64,000 bases of DNA from Prevotellaceae bacterium UBA6858. Its GTDB lineage: Bacteria > Bacteroidota > Bacteroidia > Bacteroidales > Bacteroidaceae. Each line of letters starts with the position of its first letter. Position 1 is the first letter of the stretch. The DNA lies in the NCBI GenBank assembly GCA_002451695.1, contig DKDC01000001.1:19961-83960 (forward strand), in the 5' to 3' direction. The notes below the pieces were generated by a model that saw only the letters and a list, made by a program, of their open reading frames with translations, was not told the DNA's origin and made no database searches. The position numbers and the translations under genes were made by a program. Of the stretch, positions 37,021 through 46,800 are shown piece after piece.

Positions 37021-38130
37021 TCATTTCCCGGCAAGCGCCATGACTTCCTTCGCTATTATTTTAGCGGAATCGGGAAGGGCGAGTGCCTTTATGTTTTTGC
37101 CGAGGCTTGCCAAAAGCGCGTTGTCCGCCACTGCGTTCAGCGCACGCGGGATTAAGGTGCGCACGGCATCCGCGTCCTTCACATAGAGTGCGGCGTCGCG
37201 TGTGGTCAGAGCCAAAGTGTTTTTGGTCTGATGATCCTCCGCCACATTGGGCGACGGAACGAGTATCGCCGGCTTGCCCAAAAGCTGCAGCTCCGAAATG
37301 CTGCCCGCCCCCGAACGCGACACAACCAAGTCGGCAGCGCGGTAAGCCACCGCCATGTCCGAGATGAACTCCAGCACGGCAAGGTTTTCGGGCTTGCCTC
37401 TCTTTGCAAGCTCCTCCTGCACCGATGCGCTGTAATACTTTCCTGTCTGCCACACAAACTGCGCATCGCTCTGCTTTATCAGCACCAAGTTGTTCAGCAC
37501 AGCCTCATTCATGGTTCTCGCGCCCAGGCTGCCGCCTATAATCAGTATGGTTTTCTTTGCCGGGTCGAGACCGAAAGTCTTTACGGCATCCTCACGGCTC
37601 ACTTTGCAATCGAGCAGGTTCTGCCTCACAGGGTTTCCCGTCAGGATTATCTTGTCCTTAGGGAAAAAGCGTTCCATTCCGTCGTATGCCACGCATATCC
37701 TGTCGGCTTTTTTCGCGAGCAGCTTGTTTGTTACGCCCGCATAGGAGTTTTGCTCCTGTATAAGCGTGGGTATGCCCATAGCCTGCGCCTCATCAAGCGT
37801 GGGTCCGCTGGCATAGCCTCCCACCCCGACGGCAACCATTGGGCGGAAATCCTTTATTATGCGCTTCGCCAAGCTGCGGCTGCGCATTATCTTGAAAAGT
37901 GTCTTTATGTTGTTAAGAATGTGCTTTCTGTCAAAACCGCAAATCGGCAGTCCCTTTATCTCATATCCCGCTGCCGGCACACGCTGCATCTCCATTCGCC
38001 CCTCAGCCCCCACAAACAAAATTCTTGCATCGGGACACAAATCCCTCAGGGCGTTGGCTATCGAGACAGCCGGGAATATATGCCCCCCCGTACCGCCGCC
38101 GCTTATTATAACCCTTAATTCCTTATCCAT
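37021..38130 (-). CDS. murG: UDP-N-acetylglucosamine--LPS/lipid I N-acetylglucosamine transferase MurG
   Basis: SGGGTGGHIFPAVSIA and ...GGSLGART... motifs. Confidence 0.93.
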   Translation of the reverse strand: MDKELRVIISGGGTGGHIFPAVSIANALRDLCPDARILFVGAEGRMEMQRVPAAGYEIKGLPICGFDRKHILNNIKTLFKIMRSRSLAKRIIKDFRPMVAVGVGGYASGPTLDEAQAMGIPTLIQEQNSYAGVTNKLLAKKADRICVAYDGMERFFPKDKIILTGNPVRQNLLDCKVSREDAVKTFGLDPAKKTILIIGGSLGARTMNEAVLNNLVLIKQSDAQFVWQTGKYYSASVQEELAKRGKPENLAVLEFISDMAVAYRAADLVVSRSGAGSISELQLLGKPAILVPSPNVAEDHQTKNTLALTTRDAALYVKDADAVRTLIPRALNAVADNALLASLGKNIKALALPDSAKIIAKEVMALAGK

Positions 38131-38189
38131 TATTTTTCAAAGTTTTATTCCGCTTCCGCATTCCGAAGCACGCACTTTCGCGGATATTG

Positions 38190-38197
38190 CAAAATTA
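38190..38197 (-). promoter_or_regulatory. Candidate -7 box TAATTTTG (minus strand) upstream of murG
   Basis: Exact TAnnTTTG on the minus strand, about 60 nt upstream of the murG ATG, located after the GDPD terminator. Confidence 0.4.
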
Positions 38198-38230
38198 ATA
38201 ATAATATTTGCATTACGTGCGAAAACAGAC

Positions 38231-38281
38231 AAAAACTATAAGCCGCATCCCCCACTATTTTTCCTGCGGGGAACGCGGCTT
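38231..38281 (-). terminator. Rho-independent terminator after the glycerophosphodiesterase gene
   Basis: On the minus strand, a 14-bp stem AAGCCGCGTTCCCC / GGGGGATGCGGCTT (two G-U pairs) is followed by ATAGTTTTT. Confidence 0.7.
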
Positions 38282-38300
38282 TGTTATGCCGTTACGGAAG

Positions 38301-39056
38301 TTATTTCACTACGCCCTCGCAAACCACAGGCTGGTTGGTTGTGATGTAGTCAACGCCTGCGTCCACGAGTTCCTTCATTTGCTTAGGGTCGTCAACAGTC
38401 CAAATGTTAACCTTCAGTCCCAGTTTGTGAGCCTCGCCTATCCAGTCCCAATGCTTTTTGATGTGCCCCCAAGAATAGTCCAGGCCGGCGGCCCCCATCT
38501 CTTTAAGCTGGCGCGGCGAAAGTTCTCCGTTGAGATAGTAAACCTCGGTGCCTTTTGGGACTTCGGAAAGCAGTTTTACCATTGCAGGGAGGGAGAAAGT
38601 GATATAGGTTACGCGCTTGGTCAGCTTGTATTCCTTGAACAGCTTCAAGGTCTGCTCCACACACTTCAGGGTACGCGCCACGTCCTTGTGCGGCTTTATC
38701 TCGCATACAAGCTGCGTCTTCAGCTTCTTGCCAAGCGCGAGATACTCCTGCAACGTGGGGATTCTCTCACCGTTGGCAAGGGGGTGCTTCATAAGCTCGT
38801 CATAAGTCGCGTCCTCAATGATGAGGTCCTTCACATTGGCATCGTGGTGAACCACAATCTTGTTGTCCTTCGTAAGCCAAATGTCAAACTCACTGCCGTA
38901 GCACTTCACGGAATCCGCCTTGGCGAGCGCGGCCAGACTGTTCTGCGCCGAGCCTTCGGTTGTCCAAAAGCCGCGATGAGCCACAACTTTTGTCTGCGCC
39001 ACGGCAAAACCCGCCACCAAAAGCGACAGCGAAACTGCCAATACTCTATTTTTCAT
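38301..39056 (-). CDS. Secreted glycerophosphodiester phosphodiesterase
   Basis: Signal peptide present. AHRGFW...SLAAL...GSEFDIWLTKDNKIVVHHD is the GDPD catalytic motif. Confidence 0.85.
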   Translation of the reverse strand: MKNRVLAVSLSLLVAGFAVAQTKVVAHRGFWTTEGSAQNSLAALAKADSVKCYGSEFDIWLTKDNKIVVHHDANVKDLIIEDATYDELMKHPLANGERIPTLQEYLALGKKLKTQLVCEIKPHKDVARTLKCVEQTLKLFKEYKLTKRVTYITFSLPAMVKLLSEVPKGTEVYYLNGELSPRQLKEMGAAGLDYSWGHIKKHWDWIGEAHKLGLKVNIWTVDDPKQMKELVDAGVDYITTNQPVVCEGVVK

Positions 39057-39214
39057 TCCTTATAGTTTTTAGTTACGGCAAAAGTAACCATTTTTGCTTG
39101 AACATCCAAAACTGCAAATCCTTTGTTTTGACAATAATTCCGGCTGAAACACAGCATTTTTCACAACCCATTGGTTTGCAAAACCATACCCACAATTTAG
39201 CCGATATTGTAAGT

Positions 39215-39481
39215 TTTTGTTTTTCAAAGGTTTGCAGTTGGCGAAAAAAGGTCTGATGTAGTTTGGATTATGTCTGATGTAATTTTTTCTACATCGGACA
39301 TAGTTTTTCCTGCATCAAATGTAGTTATAGCGGTATTGGTTTTGCACCGTTTGTAGGGGCGTATTGCATTGTCCCATACACCAAACGCACGAGGCACATC
39401 GCCACAAAAGCGAGCCAACTCTGTTTTTATGGCAAATCAGCACAATCCGTGCGTATGCAATAAGCCACTACGGCGGCGCAA
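39215..39481 (+). repeat. Composite intergenic repeat, copy 8 (module A + degenerate long module B)
   Basis: Units at 39250-39333. GTAGGGGCGTATTGCAT... at 39353 and ...GCGTATGCAATAAGCCACTACGGCGGCGCAA ending at 39481. Confidence 0.9.
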
Positions 39482-39569
39482 TTCATTGGTTGGCCTTATA
39501 TTAGGCATTCACAGAGGCACATTGTTCTAATCAGCCCAAACGGACAAGCACATAAAAACTTTGGACTAC

Positions 39570-39601
39570 GAAAAAAGGAACTTCGCAATGAAGTTCCTTT
39601 T
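39570..39601 (-). terminator. Rho-independent terminator after tRNA-Cys
   Basis: Stem AAAGGAACTTC / GAAGTTCCTTT, with T6 on the minus strand. Confidence 0.7.
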
Positions 39602-39608
39602 GATTTTG

Positions 39609-39679
39609 AGGTGCCAAGCAGATTCGAACTGCTGTACACGGTTTTGCAGACCGTTACCTAGCCACTCGGTCATGGCACC
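39609..39679 (-). tRNA. tRNA-Cys (GCA)
   Basis: Minus strand: acceptor GGTGCCA/TGGCACC, anticodon arm ACGGT-CTGCAAA-ACCGT, T-arm AGCAG-TTCGAAT-CTGCT, and discriminator U73 typical of tRNA-Cys. Confidence 0.9.
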
Positions 39680-39698
39680 GTTGTGTTGTTTGCGGATG

Positions 39699-39706
39699 CA
39701 AAAGTA
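39699..39706 (-). promoter_or_regulatory. -7 box TACTTTTG (minus strand) upstream of tRNA-Cys
   Basis: Exact TAnnTTTG, 20 nt upstream of the mature tRNA 5' end. Confidence 0.5.
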
Positions 39707-39736
39707 AGAAATTAAGCCGAAACAGCCAAACGCCGC

Positions 39737-40342
39737 CTAAAATTTCTTTCCTGCAAATATCATTTTAGCCGTGAGGAGAATGATTTTCATATCCCCCCAA
39801 AGCGAGCGCGTCCTCAAATACTCAAGATCCATGTTGAGGCGTTGCAGCATTTTCTCCATTGTGTCGGTATATCCGTTGAAGAGCGTCGCCATCGACGTAA
39901 GCCCCGGGCGCATCAGGTATATAAAGCGATACCTTGCGTCGCGTTCCATTATCTTGTCGATGAAAATCTTCCTTTCGGGGCGCGGGCCGACTATGCTCAT
40001 GTCGCCCTTCAGCACATTAAGGAGCTGCGGAAGTTCGTCAAGGTGGTGAATGCGCAGGAACTTGCTGAAGCCGGTAACGTGCGCCTTGTCCTCGCATGGC
40101 GTGAGCCGCGGGCCGTTGTCCTCAAAGCCCTCGCTCAATGTGCGGAACTTGTAAATCATAAACGGTTTGCCGCCAAGCCCTATACGCTCCTGCCTGAAAA
40201 TGACGCTGCCTTTTTCGGTCAGTTTCAGCCTCAACGCTATATACAAGTACAGCGGCGTTGACAAAAGCATGACCACCGCCGCCCCGACAAAGTCGCACAG
40301 TCGCTTCACCGCCTTTGCCGGAGCGCACATATTGTCAGCCAT
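39737..40342 (-). CDS. Bacterial sugar transferase (polyprenyl-phosphate hexose-1-phosphate transferase, WbaP/EpsL C-terminal type)
   Basis: KRLCDFVGAAVVMLLSTPLYL...GSVIFRQERIGLGGKPFMIYKFRTL...DELPQLLNVLKGDMSIVGPRPE. Start set at MADNM (40342); the longer ORF start at 40498 is unlikely. Confidence 0.85.
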   Translation of the reverse strand: MADNMCAPAKAVKRLCDFVGAAVVMLLSTPLYLYIALRLKLTEKGSVIFRQERIGLGGKPFMIYKFRTLSEGFEDNGPRLTPCEDKAHVTGFSKFLRIHHLDELPQLLNVLKGDMSIVGPRPERKIFIDKIMERDARYRFIYLMRPGLTSMATLFNGYTDTMEKMLQRLNMDLEYLRTRSLWGDMKIILLTAKMIFAGKKF

Positions 40343-40452
40343 TTCGGCAGGTGCGCTGCCAGTTTCAATTGTTTTTATATTTTGCACTCTCTCAGATATC
40401 CCTTTTAATAATATATAACTTTGCGTTAATCTTTTTATTGTGCCGCCGCCGG

Positions 40453-41820
40453 TTATTTGGGGTGCTTTATCGGTTCCAGCACTATCTCGGAACGCCATGC
40501 GTCATGCGCGGAATAAACCACCGTGGCATATTTGTTCAACAGCCCATGCAATTTTCCGCCAAACAGCCCTTCGACAAACGGTGTATGCGCAATGGAGCGC
40601 GGAAAGGCTTTTGCATAGCACAATCTGCCTTTTGTATCATGGGGAAAAACAAGCGGCACGCCTTCTGCGGCTTTTCCCCCCGCCTTTGCGCCGTAACGGC
40701 ACAAAAGCCGTCCGTCCTTCCTCACGCCAAACTCAAAACTTTTTCCGTTGAGTGAGCACTTGTAGCCTCCGTCCGAAGTCCTCTCCGGCTTGCCTTGGGG
40801 GTTGTCCTTTTTCCATTGGGAAATGCCGTCAAGAAACGAGGCATCCTTTATTTCCGCCACAAGCGAAAAATTCATGCCGCCTTTTCCGTCAATGCCGTCA
40901 AGCGACAAGAGCGCGTCGCCGTCAATGCCGCCGATTATTTTTCCGAAATCCGCCACAACATTCATTGCCGCCCAAAATCCTTTTGCCGACCTGTCGGCAC
41001 GGAGTCGTTCGGCGAGTTTCCTTCCGTCAATGCCCATAAACGCATAAGCCATTGAGCCGCCCGTCAGCCGCTCCCCATCCATTCCGCCCCTATACGGTTT
41101 CAGCCCGGACGGCTTCGGCAATTCGCCGCCATCCGCCGCCGTCAGCTCGTTCTTCATTACAATTTTCCCGCCCGCGCCAAACGAACAGGAAGATTCAAGC
41201 AAAACGGAATCCGCGTCAGCCTCTCCCAAAACTTGCAGGGACAGCATGGTGCGCAATACGGACGGCAAGGACGAAAGCCGCGCCACGAGTTTTGCGCCGC
41301 CCGGCATTTTCTCCAGTCTGCCAAACAAATCGCTGCTACCAATGCCGCCGCCGCTTTTGAACATCGCACTCACCGTGCGGCGCATGAAAGACTGCTCTCC
41401 CGCCACCACAGGCCCGATGACAAGCAGCGCACCGCCGTTCCACGCCATCTGCCAATTTGATTTCCACACCGCCCAATGCAACCCCGAACTGTTGTCCCTC
41501 TGCGAAAATTCCTTGGATGCCGAAACCGCATCCAGCACATCCTTTTCATCGTCCACCGCCACAACCACGCCATAATAGCCGCCCGGCGAAACGAAAGCGT
41601 AAGCCGGCTGCGTAAGGTCTATCCCGGACGTGAACGGCAGCACATTCTTCATGCCATTCAAGCCACTTTCCGTTTCCGCCGCTATCTGCGCAAAATCAAG
41701 CGAGGCTACAGCCGGCGACGACTCGGGGATTATGTCGTAATAAGCCTTGCCGCACGACGACAACGCCATGGCAAGCGCCACGGCAAACACACTTTTGAAA
41801 AACTTGCGCATTGTGTTCAT
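40453..41820 (-). CDS. Putative lipoprotein (DUF4836-like, family assignment tentative)
   Basis: Start set at MNTMRKFFKSVFAVALAMALSSC (lipobox). This ATG overlaps the rsmE stop as ATGA. The 84-codon upstream extension lies inside rsmE. Confidence 0.65.
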   Translation of the reverse strand: MNTMRKFFKSVFAVALAMALSSCGKAYYDIIPESSPAVASLDFAQIAAETESGLNGMKNVLPFTSGIDLTQPAYAFVSPGGYYGVVVAVDDEKDVLDAVSASKEFSQRDNSSGLHWAVWKSNWQMAWNGGALLVIGPVVAGEQSFMRRTVSAMFKSGGGIGSSDLFGRLEKMPGGAKLVARLSSLPSVLRTMLSLQVLGEADADSVLLESSCSFGAGGKIVMKNELTAADGGELPKPSGLKPYRGGMDGERLTGGSMAYAFMGIDGRKLAERLRADRSAKGFWAAMNVVADFGKIIGGIDGDALLSLDGIDGKGGMNFSLVAEIKDASFLDGISQWKKDNPQGKPERTSDGGYKCSLNGKSFEFGVRKDGRLLCRYGAKAGGKAAEGVPLVFPHDTKGRLCYAKAFPRSIAHTPFVEGLFGGKLHGLLNKYATVVYSAHDAWRSEIVLEPIKHPK

Positions 41821-42587
41821 TCCAATGCCCATGACATTTTGGAGTTTTTCAAGTTCATCAGCATAACGGAGTACAGTGCCGCCGTTTCCGTGCGCAGACG
41901 GCTCTCGCCCAAACTCACGGGAATAAAGCCGTTGCGTATTGCCTGTTCCACCTCTTCGGGGGCGAAATCCCCTTCCGGACCAATGACCACCGTCTTTCCG
42001 CCGCCGCCCATCACCGCCGGCAAGTAGCAGCGCGGCGAAGCCACGGTGATTTCCCCGGAAAGCTCCCGGCAAACCTCCCCGTTAAGACAGTGTGCAATGT
42101 ATTTCTCACCCGAAATGTCGGGACGCGCAACAAACTCCCCGAAAGGCGCAAGGGCGTTCACCCTCGGCATTTGCGCCTTTCGGCTCTGCTTCATTGCCGA
42201 AACTACGATGCGCTCTATCCTTTCGGGCTTCAAAACCCTGCGCTCCGAAAAGCGGCAGTCTATAAAGGATATTTCATCAACGCCAATTTCCACGGCTTTC
42301 TCCACGAGCCATTCCGTGCGGTCCATGTTCTTTGTAGGGGCTACGGCAATGTGCAAATGCCCGCTCCACGGGCTTTCCGCCTTCCTCGTGTCCGTAATGC
42401 TGTAACTGCACGAGCGCGAAGAAACACCCGACACCTCGGCATCATAAAAGCAGCCGCAGCCGTCGGTTATGACAATGCGGTCGCCCACACCCAGGCGCAG
42501 CACCTTCACGGCATGGCGCGCCTCCTCATCGGGGAGTTCGCTTTTAACTCCCGCGTCAGGCACATAGAAATAATGTATTTCTTTCAT
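41817..42587 (-). CDS. rsmE: 16S rRNA (uracil1498-N3)-methyltransferase RsmE
   Basis: MKEIHYFYVP...HAVKVLRLGVGDRIVITDG...IGPEGDFAPEEV...LGESRLRTETAAL are RsmE hallmarks. Confidence 0.88.
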   Translation of the reverse strand: MKEIHYFYVPDAGVKSELPDEEARHAVKVLRLGVGDRIVITDGCGCFYDAEVSGVSSRSCSYSITDTRKAESPWSGHLHIAVAPTKNMDRTEWLVEKAVEIGVDEISFIDCRFSERRVLKPERIERIVVSAMKQSRKAQMPRVNALAPFGEFVARPDISGEKYIAHCLNGEVCRELSGEITVASPRCYLPAVMGGGGKTVVIGPEGDFAPEEVEQAIRNGFIPVSLGESRLRTETAALYSVMLMNLKNSKMSWALE

Positions 42588-42642
42588 CGCTGCACAAACA
42601 ATCGTGCAAAGTTACTCAAAACTTTCCTAACCCCGAATACGC

Positions 42643-42676
42643 AAAAAGGGATTGGGGCGTAACACCCCAATCCCCC
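42643..42676 (-). terminator. Rho-independent terminator after the J-domain gene
   Basis: Stem GGGATTGGGG / CCCCAATCCC with T5 on the minus strand. Confidence 0.75.
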
Positions 42677-42694
42677 TATATGCCATTACTGCTT

Positions 42695-43393
42695 TCAGTT
42701 GCCGGCAGCCCGCATCTGCTCCAAAAGCTCGCGCTGGCGGTCGTTGAGCGAAGCCGGCATTGTTACGTTGTAAGTGATTATCAAGTCGCCGTATGTGCCG
42801 TCGCCCTTGTCATAGCCTTTGCCTTTAAGGCGCACTTTCGCCCCCTGCTGAGTGCCGGGCTTTACGCGCAGCCGCAGCTTGGAACTTTGGGTCTGCAGAA
42901 TAATCTCGCCGCCCAGCAACGCCGTGTACATATCTATGTTTACCGTGGCGTGGGCATCGGCATCGGACTGTGCGCCAAATCCCGAGCCGCCCATTCCGAA
43001 CCCGCTGTACGAGCGAGAACTTCTGCGCCTCGCACCGCCGAAAAGCTGCTCGAAGAAACTTGAGAAACCGCTGCCGCCGCCACCTTCAAACTGGCTGAAG
43101 TCAAAGCCGCCGGAAGCAGAAGAATCTCCTCCCCCGCCAAAGCCGCCGGCCTGCTCATAAGCGTCCGCCTGTTCCCATTTCTCGCCATATTTGTCATATT
43201 TCCTGCGCTTTTCCGGGTCGCTCAACACATTGTTGGCCTCGTTCAAAGCCTGAAACTTGGCCTTCGCCTTGGGGTCGTCAGGATGCAGGTCGGGGTGGAA
43301 CTGCTTTGCACGGCGCATATAAGCCGCACGAATGTCCTTTTGCGGGGTATCCTTCGGGATACCCATTATCTTGTAGTAATCTATGAATGCCAT
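42695..43393 (-). CDS. J-domain protein (CbpA/DnaJ-like, no zinc-finger domain)
   Basis: DYYKIMGIPKDTPQKDIRAAYMRRAKQFHPDLHPDD (HPD motif), a Gly-rich linker, and a DnaJ C-terminal-like beta domain. Confidence 0.85.
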   Translation of the reverse strand: MAFIDYYKIMGIPKDTPQKDIRAAYMRRAKQFHPDLHPDDPKAKAKFQALNEANNVLSDPEKRRKYDKYGEKWEQADAYEQAGGFGGGGDSSASGGFDFSQFEGGGGSGFSSFFEQLFGGARRRSSRSYSGFGMGGSGFGAQSDADAHATVNIDMYTALLGGEIILQTQSSKLRLRVKPGTQQGAKVRLKGKGYDKGDGTYGDLIITYNVTMPASLNDRQRELLEQMRAAGN

Positions 43394-43511
43394 ATTTCTT
43401 AACTCCTTTCGTATATGCTACAGCAAAAGAAATGCCACAGGAGCAAACAAGGCAAACAATCTTCGCCCGCCCGCCCCATGCAAGTGCGCGGAACACAACA
43501 AACCAACGAAC

Positions 43512-43790
43512 TCCACCGCCGTAGGGGCGTATTGCATACGCCAAATATGCGCGGATTTGCAATGCTGCAACGGCGGTTTGCGATGCGGTTCATGCAGATG
43601 CGTACAGGGCGTATGCAATACGCCCCTACAAATGGCGAAAAACCTTAATCGCCCATCCTTTCCCAAACACCGCGAAAATTACATTTGAGGAGGAAAAACT
43701 ACATCGGACGTAGGAAAAATTATTTCAGACATAATCCAAACTACATCAGACCTTTTTTCTCCCCTGCGCAATGCTTTGAAAAACAAACCG
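43512..43790 (-). repeat. Composite intergenic repeat, copy 9 (reverse orientation, module A + long module B)
   Basis: Module B at 43512-43640 (palindromes at about 43520-43542 and 43606-43629). Four units at 43669-43752. Left flank extends to about 43790. Confidence 0.92.
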
Positions 43791-43875
43791 TTACAAAACA
43801 CTGCAACAATTTGCCAACTCTTTACAAATCAAAAGATTAGCTTTGGGATGCACGAGCGCCATTTGCCCGAACCGG

Positions 43876-46800
43876 CTACCGCGTGAGCGACACCTTTATG
43901 CTTACGCCGAAGTCCTGCGTGGTGGTGGGATATGACGACGAGGAAAGGAGCGGAGTGTTGGTCTGCCTGTCGTAATAGGCTGAAAGGGTTATGAGCTTCG
44001 ACAGCGTGTAGTCCGCCGAGAACGAAATCTTGAACGCCTTGTTTCCCGAAGTGGCCTGCGAGAGCATGGTGAGAATGTTGCGCTGGATGGAGCTTTGGTT
44101 GCGCAGCGAGAGGTCGAGGCGCAAATTGAGGTCGTTGCTTATGGTGCCGGAATTGGAGCTGCGACTGCTGCGCGAGGAGTTGTCGTCCGCGCTGCTTTCG
44201 CTGTCTTCGCTGTTCTTCCTGCGCGAGTTTGCCGCACGCCCCTTGCCGCCACGGCGTTTGGGGCGGCGCGTGGGCGAGAAAATCTTCAGGTCGTCAACCT
44301 TGTAGCCCACGCCTATCACGTAGTCGTTGGAGCGTGCCTCGGAAATCTGCTGCGATGTGAGCGAAAGCGAGAGCATACGGGTGCGGTTGTATTCTATCTT
44401 CGCTGTGAGGTTGTTGTCGAACGTCATGTCGAAGCCTATGAACGGCGAGAAGGTCTCGTTGATTGACACGGTGGAAATGTCGTACATTGACGACGGCACG
44501 GGGTTGCCGGTGGAAACGTCGTTGACGAACCCACGATCGCCGGCGAGCTTCATGAAAGAGGAGAATGTGTTGTAAGACCCCACGGAATACACCGACTGGT
44601 AGGAGTGGTTCACGTTGAACGTCTTGAAAATTGGTTTCATGAAGCGGAGCTTGCCAAGTCCGGAATATGTAAGCCTCCAGTTTGGCAGCATACGCGCAAT
44701 GGAGGGGAATATGCCGAGGTTTTTCGACCCGCCGCAGTATGCCGAAAGGAATGCGGGTATCATAACATCGGATGAGTACTGCGAGATTGTGCCGTTGGCG
44801 GGGTCGAATGTCTTTCCTGCCAATGTGCTGTTCACTGGGTACTGGCTTCCGCTGTACTGCGCTTCAACGCGGTTACGGAACAACGGCAGGGAGTTGACGA
44901 ACTTCGTGAAAGTCTTGTTCTCGTAGTTGTTCTTTGCGCTTCCTATGGAGGCGAAAGCCGATGACAGGGAAATGGTGGTGATGTTGAACGAGCCGGTTTC
45001 GGTGGCGGGCATACCGTCGAACATATATTGTATGCTGCGCGACTTGTTCACCGTGCGCGAAGCCGTGAGGTCTATCTTGAAATCGCGGAGCGGCTCGAGC
45101 GTCGCGCTAAGCTGCAAGGATTCGTTCTTGCTTGTGGCGGCGGGGGTCGTAATGCTGTCGTTTGAAAGCAGCCAACCCTTGCGCTGCGCCTTGGATATGT
45201 AGCTTTCGCCCGCCATGCCGAATGCGAAATCGAGTCCGGGCTGCAAGCCGCCCGCCGAACGCTGTCCGAACATATCGCCGATGTTGGGCAGGAAACCGGG
45301 CAACGACATGCTGAATGTGTTCTTGTAGGAAACGCTTATGTTTCTCACCGACATGGCAAGGCGTGCGGTAGTCTGCAAAGCCTTATACCAGAACCGGTTT
45401 TCCGGGTTGCTGCGCGGGCTTACGGTTATCTTCACCTTGGCCGTGTCGCGTGAGGTTACGAGTATGTGGTTATTGTCCACAACCTTGTAGCGTATGGGGT
45501 AGCTCGTGCCGTCCTGGCGGAACGCCCTTACGCGGAGGTTTTTGGAGCGGCGGTTGTGGGCAACATTCACCGTTGTGTCCTGAAGGAGCTGTATTTCGGA
45601 GGTGAAAAACTTGTTTTCCTCCTTGTCCTTGTCGTCCTTTTTCTTTGCGGCGTTTGACGCTGAGCTTGCAAACTTGCGGTTCACCTTTTTAAGGAAAGGC
45701 ACATTATTGTATAGCGTGAGCATATTGAGGCGCAGGTTGCCGTTTATGTCGCGCGTGTTGTTTATGGTGTTGCCCAAAGTTGAGCCGTCCTCGAGATACG
45801 TCCCCCTGTTCCAGCCGTAGGTGGAGCGGTAGGTGAAATCTGGAGTTACCCAGTTGAACGCGGGAATCTTGTTCAAAGGTATCTTCCACGAGAAGTCGAA
45901 CGACTGCTGGTAGGTGAGCGGTGTCCCGAAATGCTTGACGCTGCGCCACACGGAGTCTTTCCACGCCTCGTATTCGTTGGGGTAAAGCGACTTGTTCACA
46001 GGCACGTTGGGCTGCTCAATTTCCGCATTCGTGCCGGAGGAGAATGAGGTGTGGATGTTTGAGGTGAAGTCCCATTGCAGGTTGAAACGGCGGTTCCAGA
46101 AAAAGTCGCTCGCCCACGTGAGAGGGAGGGACGAGTTTTCGAGCTGCTGCATATCCCTTTCCTTGAGCTCGTAATACGAGCGCGTGATGTCTGAATTAAT
46201 CGAAAGGTTCTGCGGCGCGAAGTTAATCTTTTCGTCCTTCAGGAGTTTCAGCCACGGACTGTTGCTCTTCATCTTGGCAAACGGCGCGAGCGATTTGAAG
46301 TTCGGCGAATACGAGTAGTTGCCGCTGAGTTTCCAGCTGTCGTCCTTTTCCCACACAATTGTCTGCCCCTCGCTCTGCTTGTGGCTGTGGGAATAGCTGA
46401 ACGAGAAATTGGCCGGGTCATAAGGCATGGGGTGGGACTTGGTGGAGATGTTGAACTTCACGTTTGAAAGGCTGAAGTTTGAGTTTGTCTCGGTGGTCTC
46501 GCAAATGCGGCGCAGGGAGTCGCGCTCGTGCTTTGTGGTCAGAGCGTCTATGGCATCGTCCATTTCCATGTCAGTGTCGAGCGGGTTGTATTTCGGCTTT
46601 ACCTTCTCCTTGCTGTATGAATAGTAAAGCGGTGCCTTGAACTTGATTTTCTCGGGCAGGAAACGCCCGAGATCAACGTTCATAGACATATCGTACTCAT
46701 ATAGATTGTCATCGCGCCGCTGGTCAACGCGGTCTTCCACGCCACCAAAACCGTCGGTCTCGATGTGTCCGCCGAAATTGAACGTGCCAAGGTCGGAAAG

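Noticed and set aside
39609-40342. tRNA-Cys and tRNA-Tyr (28362-28444) as integration sites of genomic islands.
   Set aside because: There is no integrase or recombinase gene, no direct repeat of the tRNA 3' end nearby, and only one or two ordinary genes flank them.
44143-44274. Arg/Ser-rich low-complexity insert (PTRRPKRRGGKGRAANSRRKNSEDSESSADDNSSRSSRSSNSGT) near the SprA C-terminus as a special feature.
   Set aside because: It is most simply a disordered loop in a giant barrel protein. Nothing in the sequence indicates a separate function, and it cannot be evaluated without ortholog alignment.
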